Part shown: piece after piece, positions 37,541-49,200 of the stretch
How positions within the stretch are numbered: position 1 is the first letter of the stretch
Layout of the letters: each line of letters begins with the position of its first letter
Assembly (NCBI GenBank): GCA_002811645.1
Contig: PDIP01000017.1
Coordinates: 1-64,000 of the forward strand
Origin: Corallochytrium limacisporum Hawaii
Lineage: Eukaryota; Protista; Pluriformea
Direction of reading: 5' to 3'
Length of the DNA stretch: 64,000 nucleotides
Position numbers and translations under genes: made by a program
The notes under the pieces: model-generated
Database searches by the model: none
What the model saw: only the letters and a program-made list of their open reading frames with translations
Told to the model about the DNA's origin: nothing

Positions 37541-37942
37541 CTACCCGGTGCGAAGTTCCATGATGCCGTCGATTAAACGCTTCCTAGTCTGCTGTACCTG
37601 CTTGAGCAGTGCCTCCGCCTCCTTTACCACTGTCGCGTACTCCTCCATTAGCTGTTTATTCTGAGCGTCAACCTCCGGGATCACTCGCTTTAATTCATCA
37701 TTTTTTGTAGTTTCGGGTAGAGAAGCGGCTAGAATATTAAGCTCTTTGTATATCCGAATAATGTGCTTGGCGTTCTCTTCTGCGCGTTCGTTAAACTTGG
37801 CCGTGACCCGGGCATTGTCTTCCAGAGCCTGTTCTCCGTACCGTAAAGAGTAGACCGGCGCTCGCATCACACATGCGACTCCATCGAGCATGGCTACCGA
37901 CAATCTATTGATTCGGTCCTGTAGCTGTGTTAATCTATCCAT
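37541..37942 (-). CDS. MED21: Mediator subunit Med21 (Srb7), 133 aa
   Basis: Characteristic N-terminus MDRLTQLQD, central KELNILAASLP segment and C-terminal coiled coil. Typical length. Confidence 0.85.
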   Translation of the reverse strand: MDRLTQLQDRINRLSVAMLDGVACVMRAPVYSLRYGEQALEDNARVTAKFNERAEENAKHIIRIYKELNILAASLPETTKNDELKRVIPEVDAQNKQLMEEYATVVKEAEALLKQVQQTRKRLIDGIMELRTG

Positions 37943-38795
37943 GATGACTAGGGTATTTGAGTTCGCGTTGTCTTGCGTCAGGGGCTGCTCAGGTCATATC
38001 TCGATTTTCTGGTCCAAATCACAATCTGAACCGATTTCTTCCGGGAAAATTAGCACACCCGTTTACTCATCGGACAAAACGCGTGAAAAGAACCATGTCT
38101 GGTGCTCCCACCTAGAACTTGATCACAACAAGGACCTTTTGTGTGTCACGTTTGGTTTATTTTTCTTTCTTTGAGCCGTTCTCCCTGGTGCTGGAGGGGC
38201 CATGAAGTGAAAAGCAGGTGAAGGAAAAAGTTCGTTCAGGGTTTGGCGGGGTGGGGGGGGGGAGCTGTGTACTTTTCCACGTAGGCATCCCCCCCTTGCC
38301 TTACATTTCAGTACCTGAGAGCCTCTCTCCGCCGGTCAATAAAATCAATACAAAAACCATATTTGCAAATAGAATAAATAATATTGATTATATTTCGATT
38401 TTAGCATCCATAATTTACTTTTTTGAATTGATTGTTTTTTGAGCCGGCCCCTGCGTCCGTCGGATTCCCTAACTTTCGATCACACTGAACTCGATACGCC
38501 GCAAGCAAAACGGCCGAATGTGGGGGGGAGAGGGCGCGCGGGAAGTGCTGCCCTCCATTTCGCCCACAAGGGAGGGGGGAGCCCATATATTTGGCAGCAG
38601 GCCTGGGACAGATATTTCAAGGAGCCAGGTAGAATGTTTTATTACCTTTGTCATGGACACGTTCAATAATGTGAACACGCCAGGAACGTAAATAATATTG
38701 GACGGTGTGCATCCCAAATTGGTGTAAACTTCAGTGAGTCAATATGTTGAATAGGTGAAGTTGAATGGACCAATTCTCAAATTAATTGAACACAG

Positions 38796-40235
38796 ATGGA
38801 AGGACGTGCACGAGGTCCAGGACGACCGCCGGGCAGTGGCAGTCGTGGTGGCGGTGCTGGTGGTCGTGGTGGATCGCGAAAACAAAGTAAGGCGGCAAAA
38901 CAACAATTAAAGTTGGAAGCACTGCAGGCGGAAAGAGATAGTGATTTCAGCAAATGGCGTCCCATTGACGACCTAGCTCTAATCAGTGCCGTGCAGCTTC
39001 TACCCTCGCTTGCAGACGTGCACCGGACCACAAGATTCTCCCGACAGTTTACCATTTCGGAAATTCAAGAGCGATGGATTGTGCTCCTGAAAGATCCCCA
39101 AATTGCCAGCCAAGTCAAGAAGGCCTTTCACACAATCGATAGGGAAACACTTGCTGTCACAGCAAAGGCATATACCTGGAGCGACGAAGAAGCGAACTGC
39201 TTGCGTGAATTTGCAGAAGACCGCGATGGCACCCCGCCTTCTTTGGATCAGATCACTGACCTCATGATTCGGAACGCGGATATCTTTCACGTTTCTCGCA
39301 CGCCTCAGATGGTCCATGAGTACTATCTAAAGTTGCAACGCTTTGGACTGCTCACAAAGCCACAACTTGTGGCTGGCACCGGTAGCACGCGGCGGCGAAG
39401 AGGCACGGAGCCTGGACCAATTGTAACCGGTTCGGGGCTTGGAGCGACGGGTGGGACCTCGAACGTTGCGGACGTCGCCGGCGATGGGGCTGGTACCGAT
39501 CTTCGCGCCACCGAAGTCGGCGGTACAGCTGGACTGGGGAGTTCCGGATCACGTGGTGTTGCCGGAGGGTCAATATCCGTGGGTTTGCCGCTGACGGGTG
39601 TCGTGGGTGGCGCGCCGGTTGAAGTAAGTGGAAGCACTGGTGTGGCTGGCGGCAGTGGTCCGAGTGACCGGCCGGTAGAACCCGAGAACGACATATTGGC
39701 CTTTGAGGACTACGAGGCTGGTCTGGTTGCAGGCAAATATGACTATCCAGCTCCTGACGATGCTCTGCGGAACGAGATGCGCCGGTTGGACCGGAAAAAG
39801 AAGCGCAAGATTGCGAAATTGGAGGAAATTGTGGACAAGTGGTATCCGTTGGATCAGGCGGTACGGGAACCGTTGGAAATGTCGAACAACACACTGTGTG
39901 TGTTGCGAGGAAAGAACACCAACTACTATATGCACTATAAGACAGTGCTACTGGGTCGTTCCGGTGCGAACTCGTCGGTAGACTTCGACCTGAAAGACGA
40001 AGGACCGGCTCGTCGCATTAGTCGGAATCAGTGCGTCTTGTCTTTGAAAAGCGACTGCAACTTCTATCTTCGTAATGTGGGGAAGGCCAACGTTTACGTC
40101 AATGGACGCAACGTACCGAAAGACAAGAAGGTCCGCTTGCCTCCGAATGCTCTCTTAGAAATCGACACGCTCACTTTCATCTTCGTCATCAACCAGCTCA
40201 TGTTCAATCGTCTTCGTGCCGTTGCATACCAATGA
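38796..40235 (+). CDS. MCRS1: Microspherule protein 1 (MCRS_N + FHA; NSL/INO80 subunit), 479 aa
   Basis: MCRS_N WRPIDDLALISAV...RFSRQFTISEIQERWIVLLKDP. C-terminal FHA LCVLRG...VLLGRS...VDFDLKDEGPARRISRNQ...LRNVGK. Confidence 0.92.
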   Translation: MEGRARGPGRPPGSGSRGGGAGGRGGSRKQSKAAKQQLKLEALQAERDSDFSKWRPIDDLALISAVQLLPSLADVHRTTRFSRQFTISEIQERWIVLLKDPQIASQVKKAFHTIDRETLAVTAKAYTWSDEEANCLREFAEDRDGTPPSLDQITDLMIRNADIFHVSRTPQMVHEYYLKLQRFGLLTKPQLVAGTGSTRRRRGTEPGPIVTGSGLGATGGTSNVADVAGDGAGTDLRATEVGGTAGLGSSGSRGVAGGSISVGLPLTGVVGGAPVEVSGSTGVAGGSGPSDRPVEPENDILAFEDYEAGLVAGKYDYPAPDDALRNEMRRLDRKKKRKIAKLEEIVDKWYPLDQAVREPLEMSNNTLCVLRGKNTNYYMHYKTVLLGRSGANSSVDFDLKDEGPARRISRNQCVLSLKSDCNFYLRNVGKANVYVNGRNVPKDKKVRLPPNALLEIDTLTFIFVINQLMFNRLRAVAYQ

Positions 40236-40342
40236 AAAAATATATCAGATTAAAGAAGTTATTTTTGAAAATGATCAGACTACAGTCATGGCTCTACTAT
40301 TCTACAACTATGATTTACTACAGTTTCTTAACTGTCCGTTTT

Positions 40343-43030
40343 CTACTGCAATGCCAAGGTCTTCAGGGTCTGTGCGAGGTTCAGGAGCGACTGACGGAAT
40401 TGTGTTTGACACTGCTTGGCCGCTGCCTCGAGACCCTCCCTGGCTTGGGCATCAGTGAAGTTGTCAACGACGGCACCGAAGGTCTTAAAGTTTGATACAT
40501 CCTCAGCATAGGCGACCAATTCTTCGGAAAGCTTACTTGCGGCTGTAGAGCAAGGCTTCACAGCGGCAAGCACGCGACGAGTGCGATCGCCATCAAGGCC
40601 AGGGCAGTGCAGACAGATGCGACGGTAGATGGCCACGGTCTCAAGTGCAATCACCAGAGCTTCGGTTCGGAGGTAACCGTCAACGTCGGTTAAGGACAGA
40701 GACGAAATATAGCCCTCAAAAAGCACCGAATACTTCGTCGTAAACAGTTCTTTGATCCGAGTGAACATGTCCTTGGCACCTTCTCCTTTCATGTAGGCGT
40801 GAAGAAGAGTGAGCGCTTCATGCTGGAGTTCGTAAGGTTCCAGAACAGGATAGCGGCGGGGCATGGTGAGCTGTTCCCGTAGTGACAATGGGACAAGCGC
40901 GGTTTCAATGTCTTGGTTTTCGTCAAGCCTCACACAAGTTTTCTCAGATTCTTCAAGATGGCTTAGGCCATAGAGATCGGCGATTAGGGTCAGGCATTGG
41001 TCGCGCAGGGCGGTGGCCCTTCGCTTCTCAAAGTAGGTCCGGTCCGCAAAGTTTCTGAGGTCTGTAGGCGTGCGATTGGTCAGATGGTCCATCACTGAAA
41101 TGTCTCGGTTGTCGTGCTTCCTGGTTTGTTTGTTGCGCTCACAGTGCAAGGTCAAGGAGTTCTTCAGACTCACATCACCCTGGAGATTGCCAAGAAGAAT
41201 CTGTTTCCACTGCCGCTCCACATCGACGAAATCCCTACTGAAAGAGTTGTCGATGCGTTGATACATGTGGTACATCTCCGGGATTTTGCTGAAGGTATTC
41301 TTGCGAAAAGAGAGGATAAGGTACTCCGGAGTTTCCCGTACATTTGATTCATAGAATCCACAAGCATCCTGGAGGAGTGATAACGTGGCGCCGGAAACCG
41401 ACGAGGTAACCAGATGATCCAGCATCAAGTGACTCACGTTATCATGCAAGATTTGCTTGATTTCTAAGTGCAAGTAGTTGTCAATGGTCGAGAAGGCATA
41501 GCCACAGGCACCCATGAGGCGAACCAGCAGCAGTTGGAGCTGGAAGTTATAAGTACTCCTTTCAATTGACGCGTTGAGAAGTACCAGGGCCTCCACAATG
41601 TAACGATCATCCTTGCAAATTTGGTATGCTTCGAGTAAGTAATGTACAGCCAATTGGGCCAGATCATCACTGTCGTACCGTTCCTTCTCTTTACGATCAA
41701 CACTGAGACCAAGGGTCTTTGTGTAGATTGTCCAAAGCCTTCTCGCTTCCTGACTGCACTCCTCGGCAGTGGTCTTCAGGCCCAGGGTGGAGGACAAGGT
41801 CCGTGCAACCAGTTCGCTGGAGACGAATCTGCGCAAAAAGTTTACATTGTCCGGGAGGTCGCCGTCATTCAAGTGCACTTGATCTCTGATGGCGTTCAGG
41901 TAGTCGCCTTGCGCACTCTCACATAGAAGACACAAATAGTCCTGAATGTCCTCATGGTGACAGTAAAGATGTCCAAATACCTTAAAATACTCTACCAAAC
42001 TATCCAGCAACGCCCTTTCCAGCATATCACTGCGACCGAACTTCTGGATTAGCTGTGCTCGCACGAAGATCTTGGCAAGCAACGGTCCACGTTTCTTTGG
42101 CTCCTGGTCGTGCATTTCGTTGGCCAACGTATCTACCTGGCTCATGATGTGCTCGAGGTTGGAATCGACCGCTCCCGCTACCGTGCCCTTTACAAAGCCA
42201 CTCCAGGCCGTCCACTCATCAGCACTGCCTGCAAGAATGTCCCGATAGATCCCTACAGCCTTCGTAGGATCACCATGCTCTAGGTGCACCTTCGCCAGCA
42301 TTTGCTGCTTCTCTTCCAGATCTGTAATAACATTGCTCTCATCGCCTTCAAGGACTGCAATCTGCTCTTCCGCCTTGCCCAGGATACGCAGAAGTTCGAG
42401 TTTCATGCTGATAATTTCATCCGTCTTCACAAGACCGTCCGCATGAGCCTTATCATACATTTTCCGTGTGACAGCGGTATATAGAGTCAGCATCTTTGCT
42501 TCACCCTTGGCCTCTGCTTCCAGGGCCTGCATTAGGTTTCCAGCGATCGCCCAGAGATAGAAGTTTTCGTTGTTGAACTTCTTAAAGAGGGTGGCGGCAT
42601 ACACTTGCTGCTTTTTCCAATTCATGCTACGCACATAGGCCATGTGCAGAGTGATCTTAAGATCGTCGTCCTGGGGGTTCAGCTCCACACCCATTTCATC
42701 CATCTCCACGATCCAGGACATCGCATTCAGATCCCGGAACAGCCATGTCAGGATGCGGCGTGTATCGTCATCTTTTACATCCCCCTTGTCCAAAATCTCC
42801 CGGCTCAGCCGTTTAGACTGAGAAACATCTCCCAATCTAGCCACAGCCAGCGCCTTCAGAGCCAGCATCTGCACTGGAAAACCATGCTTCTTCCCTGACT
42901 TTTCGATGAGAGTCAGAGCCATCTTCGCATTTCCAGCGTCCAACGCATCATAGATGGGCCGCAAACGCCGTTCGAGCGTTGCTGTATTCTGGTGGACTGG
43001 TACGCTCTTCTTCTTTATGCGACCAGACAT
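40343..43030 (-). CDS. NAA25: NatB N-acetyltransferase auxiliary subunit NAA25/Mdm20 (TPR-like), 895 aa
   Basis: ERRLRPIYDALDAGN N-terminus, LHMAYVR..WKKQQ..A..LFK, RGPLLA, NFQLQLLLVRL, LEIKQILHD, ETPEYLILSF...FSKIPE. Confidence 0.93.
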   Translation of the reverse strand: MSGRIKKKSVPVHQNTATLERRLRPIYDALDAGNAKMALTLIEKSGKKHGFPVQMLALKALAVARLGDVSQSKRLSREILDKGDVKDDDTRRILTWLFRDLNAMSWIVEMDEMGVELNPQDDDLKITLHMAYVRSMNWKKQQVYAATLFKKFNNENFYLWAIAGNLMQALEAEAKGEAKMLTLYTAVTRKMYDKAHADGLVKTDEIISMKLELLRILGKAEEQIAVLEGDESNVITDLEEKQQMLAKVHLEHGDPTKAVGIYRDILAGSADEWTAWSGFVKGTVAGAVDSNLEHIMSQVDTLANEMHDQEPKKRGPLLAKIFVRAQLIQKFGRSDMLERALLDSLVEYFKVFGHLYCHHEDIQDYLCLLCESAQGDYLNAIRDQVHLNDGDLPDNVNFLRRFVSSELVARTLSSTLGLKTTAEECSQEARRLWTIYTKTLGLSVDRKEKERYDSDDLAQLAVHYLLEAYQICKDDRYIVEALVLLNASIERSTYNFQLQLLLVRLMGACGYAFSTIDNYLHLEIKQILHDNVSHLMLDHLVTSSVSGATLSLLQDACGFYESNVRETPEYLILSFRKNTFSKIPEMYHMYQRIDNSFSRDFVDVERQWKQILLGNLQGDVSLKNSLTLHCERNKQTRKHDNRDISVMDHLTNRTPTDLRNFADRTYFEKRRATALRDQCLTLIADLYGLSHLEESEKTCVRLDENQDIETALVPLSLREQLTMPRRYPVLEPYELQHEALTLLHAYMKGEGAKDMFTRIKELFTTKYSVLFEGYISSLSLTDVDGYLRTEALVIALETVAIYRRICLHCPGLDGDRTRRVLAAVKPCSTAASKLSEELVAYAEDVSNFKTFGAVVDNFTDAQAREGLEAAAKQCQTQFRQSLLNLAQTLKTLALQ

Positions 43031-45178
43031 GGTTACTGCTGATATTGTATGGTCTCCTTAACGGCCGGCCTGTTTGGCTATGAAACGTGTATTATGGGTG
43101 TACCATGCTGTGTATGTCGCGTTACTGTGCTGTACGGTCGGCGAAACCAAATGTTTGCCGCCATGCAAGGCGGAATGTGGAATTCAAGAACCTGAGTTAT
43201 GCCCGGGAAGCCAATTGTCTCACCGAACGCAGGAAAGGCCGTTAACCATCATCTCCGTTATCAAATCCCGTGTACTACACATGGTGTCAAGGGGAACCCC
43301 GCGGCGACCATTGTGAAGAAACAACGGGCGAAAACAAAATATTGATCTTTTCGTCTTCCTCGTCTGTGACAGGGCTAAACCCGTTTAATTATTATGCATT
43401 AGGTATTCATTTATAAACCAACAGCTCCCCCAGGGAAGATCGGTCTGGTTTCTTTCGGGACACCATGACCTTTTTGCCAACACCGTTTGCGCGCGGCTCT
43501 TCCACGCCACCCCAGCCGCGGGGGGCACACACCCCAGGTGCTTTCGGGTTCGCTGCAGAAATTGCCGGTTCACTATAGGGAGTGTATTGTAAAGTTTTCA
43601 CTCGACCCGGCCCAAACACTGGCGAAAACGCAGATACCAACAACAGGGGAAGAAACGGCCGCGAGTCGATCGAGGGAACATTTTGGAACGGGCCTTGCAT
43701 GGCATCTCCCCAGGGGATGGGAACCGCGAGCGGCCCCGAATTCCAACCGGTCCACCATACTTTGCGCCCACAGGTTTTGAATCTCCTTTTGGAAAGAGGG
43801 GAATCCAAAATGAAGAGACGGCAACGTGTGCTGCGAAAAAGATTTTTCTTCCCCCCTCCGACCCATCCCCCCCTACGTCCTTTCTGCGGAATGTAAATTT
43901 TTCGCTTACGCTCTAGGATCTCCATACATTTGCTATTACAAATGCAACTCTGCCTCGGGGAAAAATTGCGCTTTTCTTTCATACTTTTCACCAGTTCGGA
44001 CTCAACTTGTCGTAGACAGTGGCATCACCCTCGCAGTTCATACGCAGCGTAGCATAGACTGCCGCCGACGGCCAGCTATCGCTGTGGTCCCCTCTTTCAC
44101 CTACTGCTGCGGCTTCCAGTTTCTTTGGCTCCTGCGGTTTCCAGGGGTCCTCGGTGTCCATTTCAACTTTGATCGCTACTTACGCGTATATTCTTTAATT
44201 GCGAAGCCCTCCGGAAGCGCGCAACTGCCAGTGGCCTTTGACTGGTGTCCAGAGTTCTACGACCCAGACGGGGCACAAAAAGCTGAGGATGGCGACTTTC
44301 TCACAGTCCACACTTCCACACATCCCCTGCCTTCGCGTGGCGTTCTCGGGTTCTCGGAAGAGCGGCGGGCCCCCGCATAGTAGGGGACAGGGTGGGCACC
44401 AGAAACTGACAGACGGGCAGACCAAATGCGCACACACATCGGAATGGACACGCAGATTCCTTACAGACAACACACAGGCCGAGATACAAATTTGAGATCG
44501 CCGTACGACTAGTGGCCACTCAGTGGTCTATCTCTATATCGGCCCCCACCCAAGCCTTCGCACTCCTCTTCCCCGACTCCACATTCTTTTAACAAGCTTG
44601 GACGGCGGCAGACAAAGGTGCCGGTTGTGAATAAATTGAAGTAGCCGGTTGGTAGTAGATGTGATGATATAGGTGTGCTCTATGTACGTGTGTGTGTTGT
44701 ATTGAGCTTCCGACCCAGGGAGTCCCGAGAGTGTTTGCTGTGGAATGGGCTCTACGTTAGGTCGCAAAAAAAAGCACGGTTGTGGTGGTGCACACTGCAG
44801 GGTGGCGCCGAGGTTTGCTTTGGATTCAAGGACATCGACACCCATAAAGAGCAACTCAGTGCCCGAAAGCGAGCGGTGGTGCCCGTGAGGACCAAGTGTT
44901 TGTGTCTTTTTGGCAATTCCCGAAGAGTGTTTACTGCAGGGTAGTACGGATTGGGGTCTTAGTAGCAGATTTGAGATTTCCGTCAGAAACTCAGGCACAC
45001 AGGGGAACTAAAACTCAAAGAAACAAGTAGTGGTGAAGAGGTCCGGAAATTAAATCACAAGTGAAAAGTTAAGACTGATCGATATTTCTGTATGGAACAA
45101 AGATGTATGGATATATGTAAATGGAACATGGTATGTTTGAGTTGTGGTGGTTATTTTTCATACAAATTACAAAACAAA

Positions 45179-46264
45179 TCAACTGAGCAGCTGAGCAAGG
45201 TCGCTGTGTCCCTCGGACTGGGCCAGCTCGCAAGGAGAGGCAACAGAGAGAGTCTCCTCATCGTCAGAGGCGAAGTTGGTGGACTTCATGGCGGCCTTGA
45301 GGGTCAGAGCAGCATCAGTGTGGCCGATGACGGCGGAGTAGTGCAGAGCAGTGCGTCCGTAGACATCAACAGCATCAGCATCAGCTCCAAAGCCGATCAG
45401 CAGCTTAACCAGATCCAGAGACTGGGCGCGTGCAGCAATGTGGAGAGCACGGCGACCATATCCTCCAATGAAGTTGGCGTTGGCGCCGTTGTCCAGCAAA
45501 CTGTGGACGGTCTTAATGTTCATGGCGGCAGTGGCCTCGAGCAGAGCAAAGTCGAGCTGCTTCTGGCACATCTCCTTGGGGAGTTGGTGGACAGCCTTCA
45601 TGATGATGTCGATGACATTAGTGCAGTTCTTGCGGATGGCCATCTCGAGAGCGGACAAACCCTGGCGGTTGCGGAAGTACACAGGGACGTTGTGCACCAG
45701 CAGGTGGGCAACCATCTCTCCAGAGTTGTTCTGGACAGCAGTGTGGAGAGCAGTGTTGCCCTGACGGTCGCGGACCAGGAGAGCACCCTCGTAGGTGCTC
45801 AGGAGGTCGATGGCAGAAATGTTGTTCATGGCAGTAGCATAGTGGACGGGGGCGAAGCCCTTGCTGTCAACCTTCGTCAGAGCTTCGACTCCATACTTGT
45901 CGACGATCTGCTTGATGAAGACATTGTAGGACTCGCAAGTGCGAGACTTCTGCTTCACAACACGAGTCTTCTTTGAGGCGGATTCCACCAGGCGGCGCTT
46001 CTGGGGGGACAGAGTGCTGCCGCTTCCGTACTTGCGGATAATCTTGACGTGGTGAGAGTTGCGCATTTGGCGAGAAGCCATGAGCATCTCAACTTCCTTG
46101 AGAATCTTGACGCGCTTACCGATAGAGTGCACACCGAGGTCCTTGAGGACGTCGTGGTTCAGAGTGAGCAGGAGCTCGTAGTCGACACGGTGATCCCGGA
46201 AGTTGTCGACGCATTCAGGCAGGCCAATGGAGTTGACCCACGAGCAAACTTCTTCGACGTTCAT
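45179..46264 (-). CDS. SAM domain + ankyrin-repeat protein, 361 aa
   Basis: N-terminal SAM (VEEVCSWVNSIGL...LLLTLNHDVLKDLGVHSIGKRVKILK). Ankyrin repeats GFAPVHYA, GNTALHTA, GLSALEMA, GRRALHIA, GRTALHYS. Strong C/G-ending codon bias. Confidence 0.9.
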   Translation of the reverse strand: MNVEEVCSWVNSIGLPECVDNFRDHRVDYELLLTLNHDVLKDLGVHSIGKRVKILKEVEMLMASRQMRNSHHVKIIRKYGSGSTLSPQKRRLVESASKKTRVVKQKSRTCESYNVFIKQIVDKYGVEALTKVDSKGFAPVHYATAMNNISAIDLLSTYEGALLVRDRQGNTALHTAVQNNSGEMVAHLLVHNVPVYFRNRQGLSALEMAIRKNCTNVIDIIMKAVHQLPKEMCQKQLDFALLEATAAMNIKTVHSLLDNGANANFIGGYGRRALHIAARAQSLDLVKLLIGFGADADAVDVYGRTALHYSAVIGHTDAALTLKAAMKSTNFASDDEETLSVASPCELAQSEGHSDLAQLLS

Positions 46265-49200
46265 TCTGTCTGTTTGTGTAAATAGGTTCTACTTTAAGAA
46301 TCCCTTCTTGTGTTGAAAGTCTTTTAAGACGATCGCTTTCTTGTACCCGGATAACTCTAGCAAGGTTGAAACCTTGGAATGTACTAGTCCCTAAATTGTG
46401 GTGATAAATAGCTAAGGTAACTGAATACTGAATTATCCTCAAAGCTGCAGTAATATAAAGACGTATTCCCGTAAATACCAGATGCCTTAACAACAATCCG
46501 CGGATAAGTGGTCCACATCCATGAGAAACTCTCAATCAAACTTTCCCCCGCTTCCAATCTACTAAGCCAACTCGACTGTGCTCCATTCGAACAGGCATTC
46601 GAACTCTCTCTCACTCTCTCTCTTGCTTCTCCCCCCCCTCCCCATCCTCAATTGCTCCACAACGGCAGCGGCGATGGGAGAAGCCGGGGGGNNNNNNNNN
46701 NNNNNNNNNNNNNNNNNNNNNNNNNNNNNNNNNNNNNNNNNNNNNNNNNNNNNNNNNNNNNNNNNNNNNNNNNNNNNNNNNNNNNNNNNNNNNNNNNNNN
46801 NNNNNNNNNNNNNNNNNNNNNNNNNNNNNNNNNNNNNNNNNNNNNNNNNNNNNNNNNNNNNNNNNNNNNNNNNNNNNNNNNNNNNNNNNNNNNNNNNNNN
46901 NNNNNNNNNNNNNNNNNNNNNNNGGGGAAGGGGGGGGGGGAGGGGAAAATAGATGCCATATCACAAATGAGCCAGCCATCAATAATCACACACAGCACAT
47001 ACACAGAATATCCATAGACAAATGCGACTGACCTGTGTGTGAAAAAGAGGAAGGAAAGCGCAACCCTTGACAGTTTCTACTACGGGGCAAGAGACTTCTC
47101 ACAGTCACACACTTACCACACTGGCGGGAGGGGCAGGCGTATTGAGTGAGAAAAACTCTGCTATAGAAATGAATAGACTGGGAGATTCATTAGTGGCGAG
47201 TACTGTTGCTGACAAAGGGTTTCAATGTGTCGGTGTGGGTAAAGGATTCTCCCAACCCCACCCCAACCCTTTCCCCCTTGCGCCCGCCTCCCCTTCTTCT
47301 GTCCCCTGGCGATGAACATCCGCTGCTCCCCTCACCTTTCCCACCGAAGAGAAAACGAAGATGCGGGGGGGAGGGTGCAGGTGGGAGGGGGGGGGAGGGG
47401 AGAGGAGCACGCACAGCCAGTGTACAGGGTGGAGGAGGTAATAAGAAAAAGATAGTGGTGGCGGTGATGGAAGGAGACGCAATGAGGAGTACATCCATCA
47501 CTTCCGAAGAGCAGCTTCACTCTTCGCACTGAGACACAGAGATTTCGGGTATGGCAGAGGGAGAGATAGTGTCTTGCCTGGGCTGCAAATCTTTTTTGTC
47601 CCAGGCGTACACTTCACCTTCTGAACGAGACAAGAAGGGAAAAGCAGTCCAACACTTGGGGACAAAGGTAGATGGTTCCACACTGAAACAATGTCCAAAA
47701 GGCCAACCACAGTGGCAGGAATAAATCCAGTAATAGCGCTTCGGTGACACGGTACCCGACCAATGGAGCCCGATCCTTTTCGCCTCGGAGTCCATTTCTT
47801 GCCATCTCCTCTTTTTTATTACTCCATCGTGCACAGCTTGAGAACACTCCCTGCCTATGCCACGGGAACGCAGTTCTCATTGTTCCCACTGGTGCTGATG
47901 TGTTCCTCTTCTGTTTTAATTTTTGAATTTCGAAATTGTCAACGTCAATAACTTTCGACGGAAAAATTAGTGGAGGAAAAGATAAAGGAAGGGGTGAAAG
48001 AAGCATCGGCATCCCCAACCGGGCTGGTTGCTGCGTGGTCTCTTCTCCCATGGAATTCCCCTCCCTCTTTACAATGTGGATGAGCTGCGCTATATGAAGT
48101 GTACGGCCATCAATGTTCCCAGGACACACGCACTCACAGTCGGTTTCCCCCGATCGGCGGTCATGCGGCGTCACCGCGGCTGGTTTGCGGCCCCCGAAAC
48201 CCACAACTCTATTGGTGACTATGGCCGACCCATCCCTTCCATGGCAAGGGTGTTCACACACTGGCAAAAGTCAGCTATGTTTCCCGGCATCAAGAGCGTC
48301 CCATCATAATCAAGTGATTCTTCGCTTGCGAGTTATAATTGTAAATCTATTAAATTGATGTACGAGAATCACGACCTTTGGGTACTCAGAGTTTCATGGA
48401 ATGGGTGTGTGATAGCGGTCAAAGACTAATCTGACAGTCCCCTCCCTGCTGTCACAGCCTCAGCTGACTGTCAAAAAACGGCTGGTGCAGTGATGATGAT
48501 GTCTCCTCCAATTTTGCACAATTTTCTAACTTATCTTTTAACATGGGAGCGACTAAGACAGAATATTCAGAGAAAAAGATTTTTCTTCCTCATCTTGTTC
48601 CTCCTCTCGCACAGTCTCTATATGTTGAATACAGATTACTATTGTGACAAATTGGCACATGTCAACCTTGCCTGTTCGGTTCACACACAGCCACAGAATG
48701 CCACCTTAATTTCCTTTCCTGTAGGAGAGAGTGCTCTCTGTTCGGGGACTCCGACCCAGTTTTCTCACACGGCTGATGTCGTAAAGAGAAATATAGAAGA
48801 TTCCCTGCAGTAGAGTAATAATGTGCGCACGTATTAAATGAAATTCCGCAAATTTAGCTGACTTATAACGATCACGAGGGCATGAGCCCTTCATTCCAAA
48901 GACACGCTTGACTCCCAAAGACAGAAACATTTTCAAGCCATGGTCGATGGTGAGAACCAATTGTCATTTTCGTTGTGCGAACTCGTACGAACCCGATCTA
49001 TGCAAGTTGCGACCACAGACTGTTCAACAAAACCAGATTCAAACAAATTAGCGAGAATTGTATCTATCATTCAGTATGCGATTGTACTTTGCGCAAGGTC
49101 GTAGCATGGCACTTGGAGTGTACCACATGTTTAACTGAAACAATGTTCACCACCGCAACCAAACCAGCAGCCGGATGAATCTGGGATAGGTTTCAATACT

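Noticed and set aside
45092-45976. 294-aa plus-strand ORF
   Set aside because: Antisense shadow caused by the strong codon bias of the SAM-ankyrin gene; no domain features.
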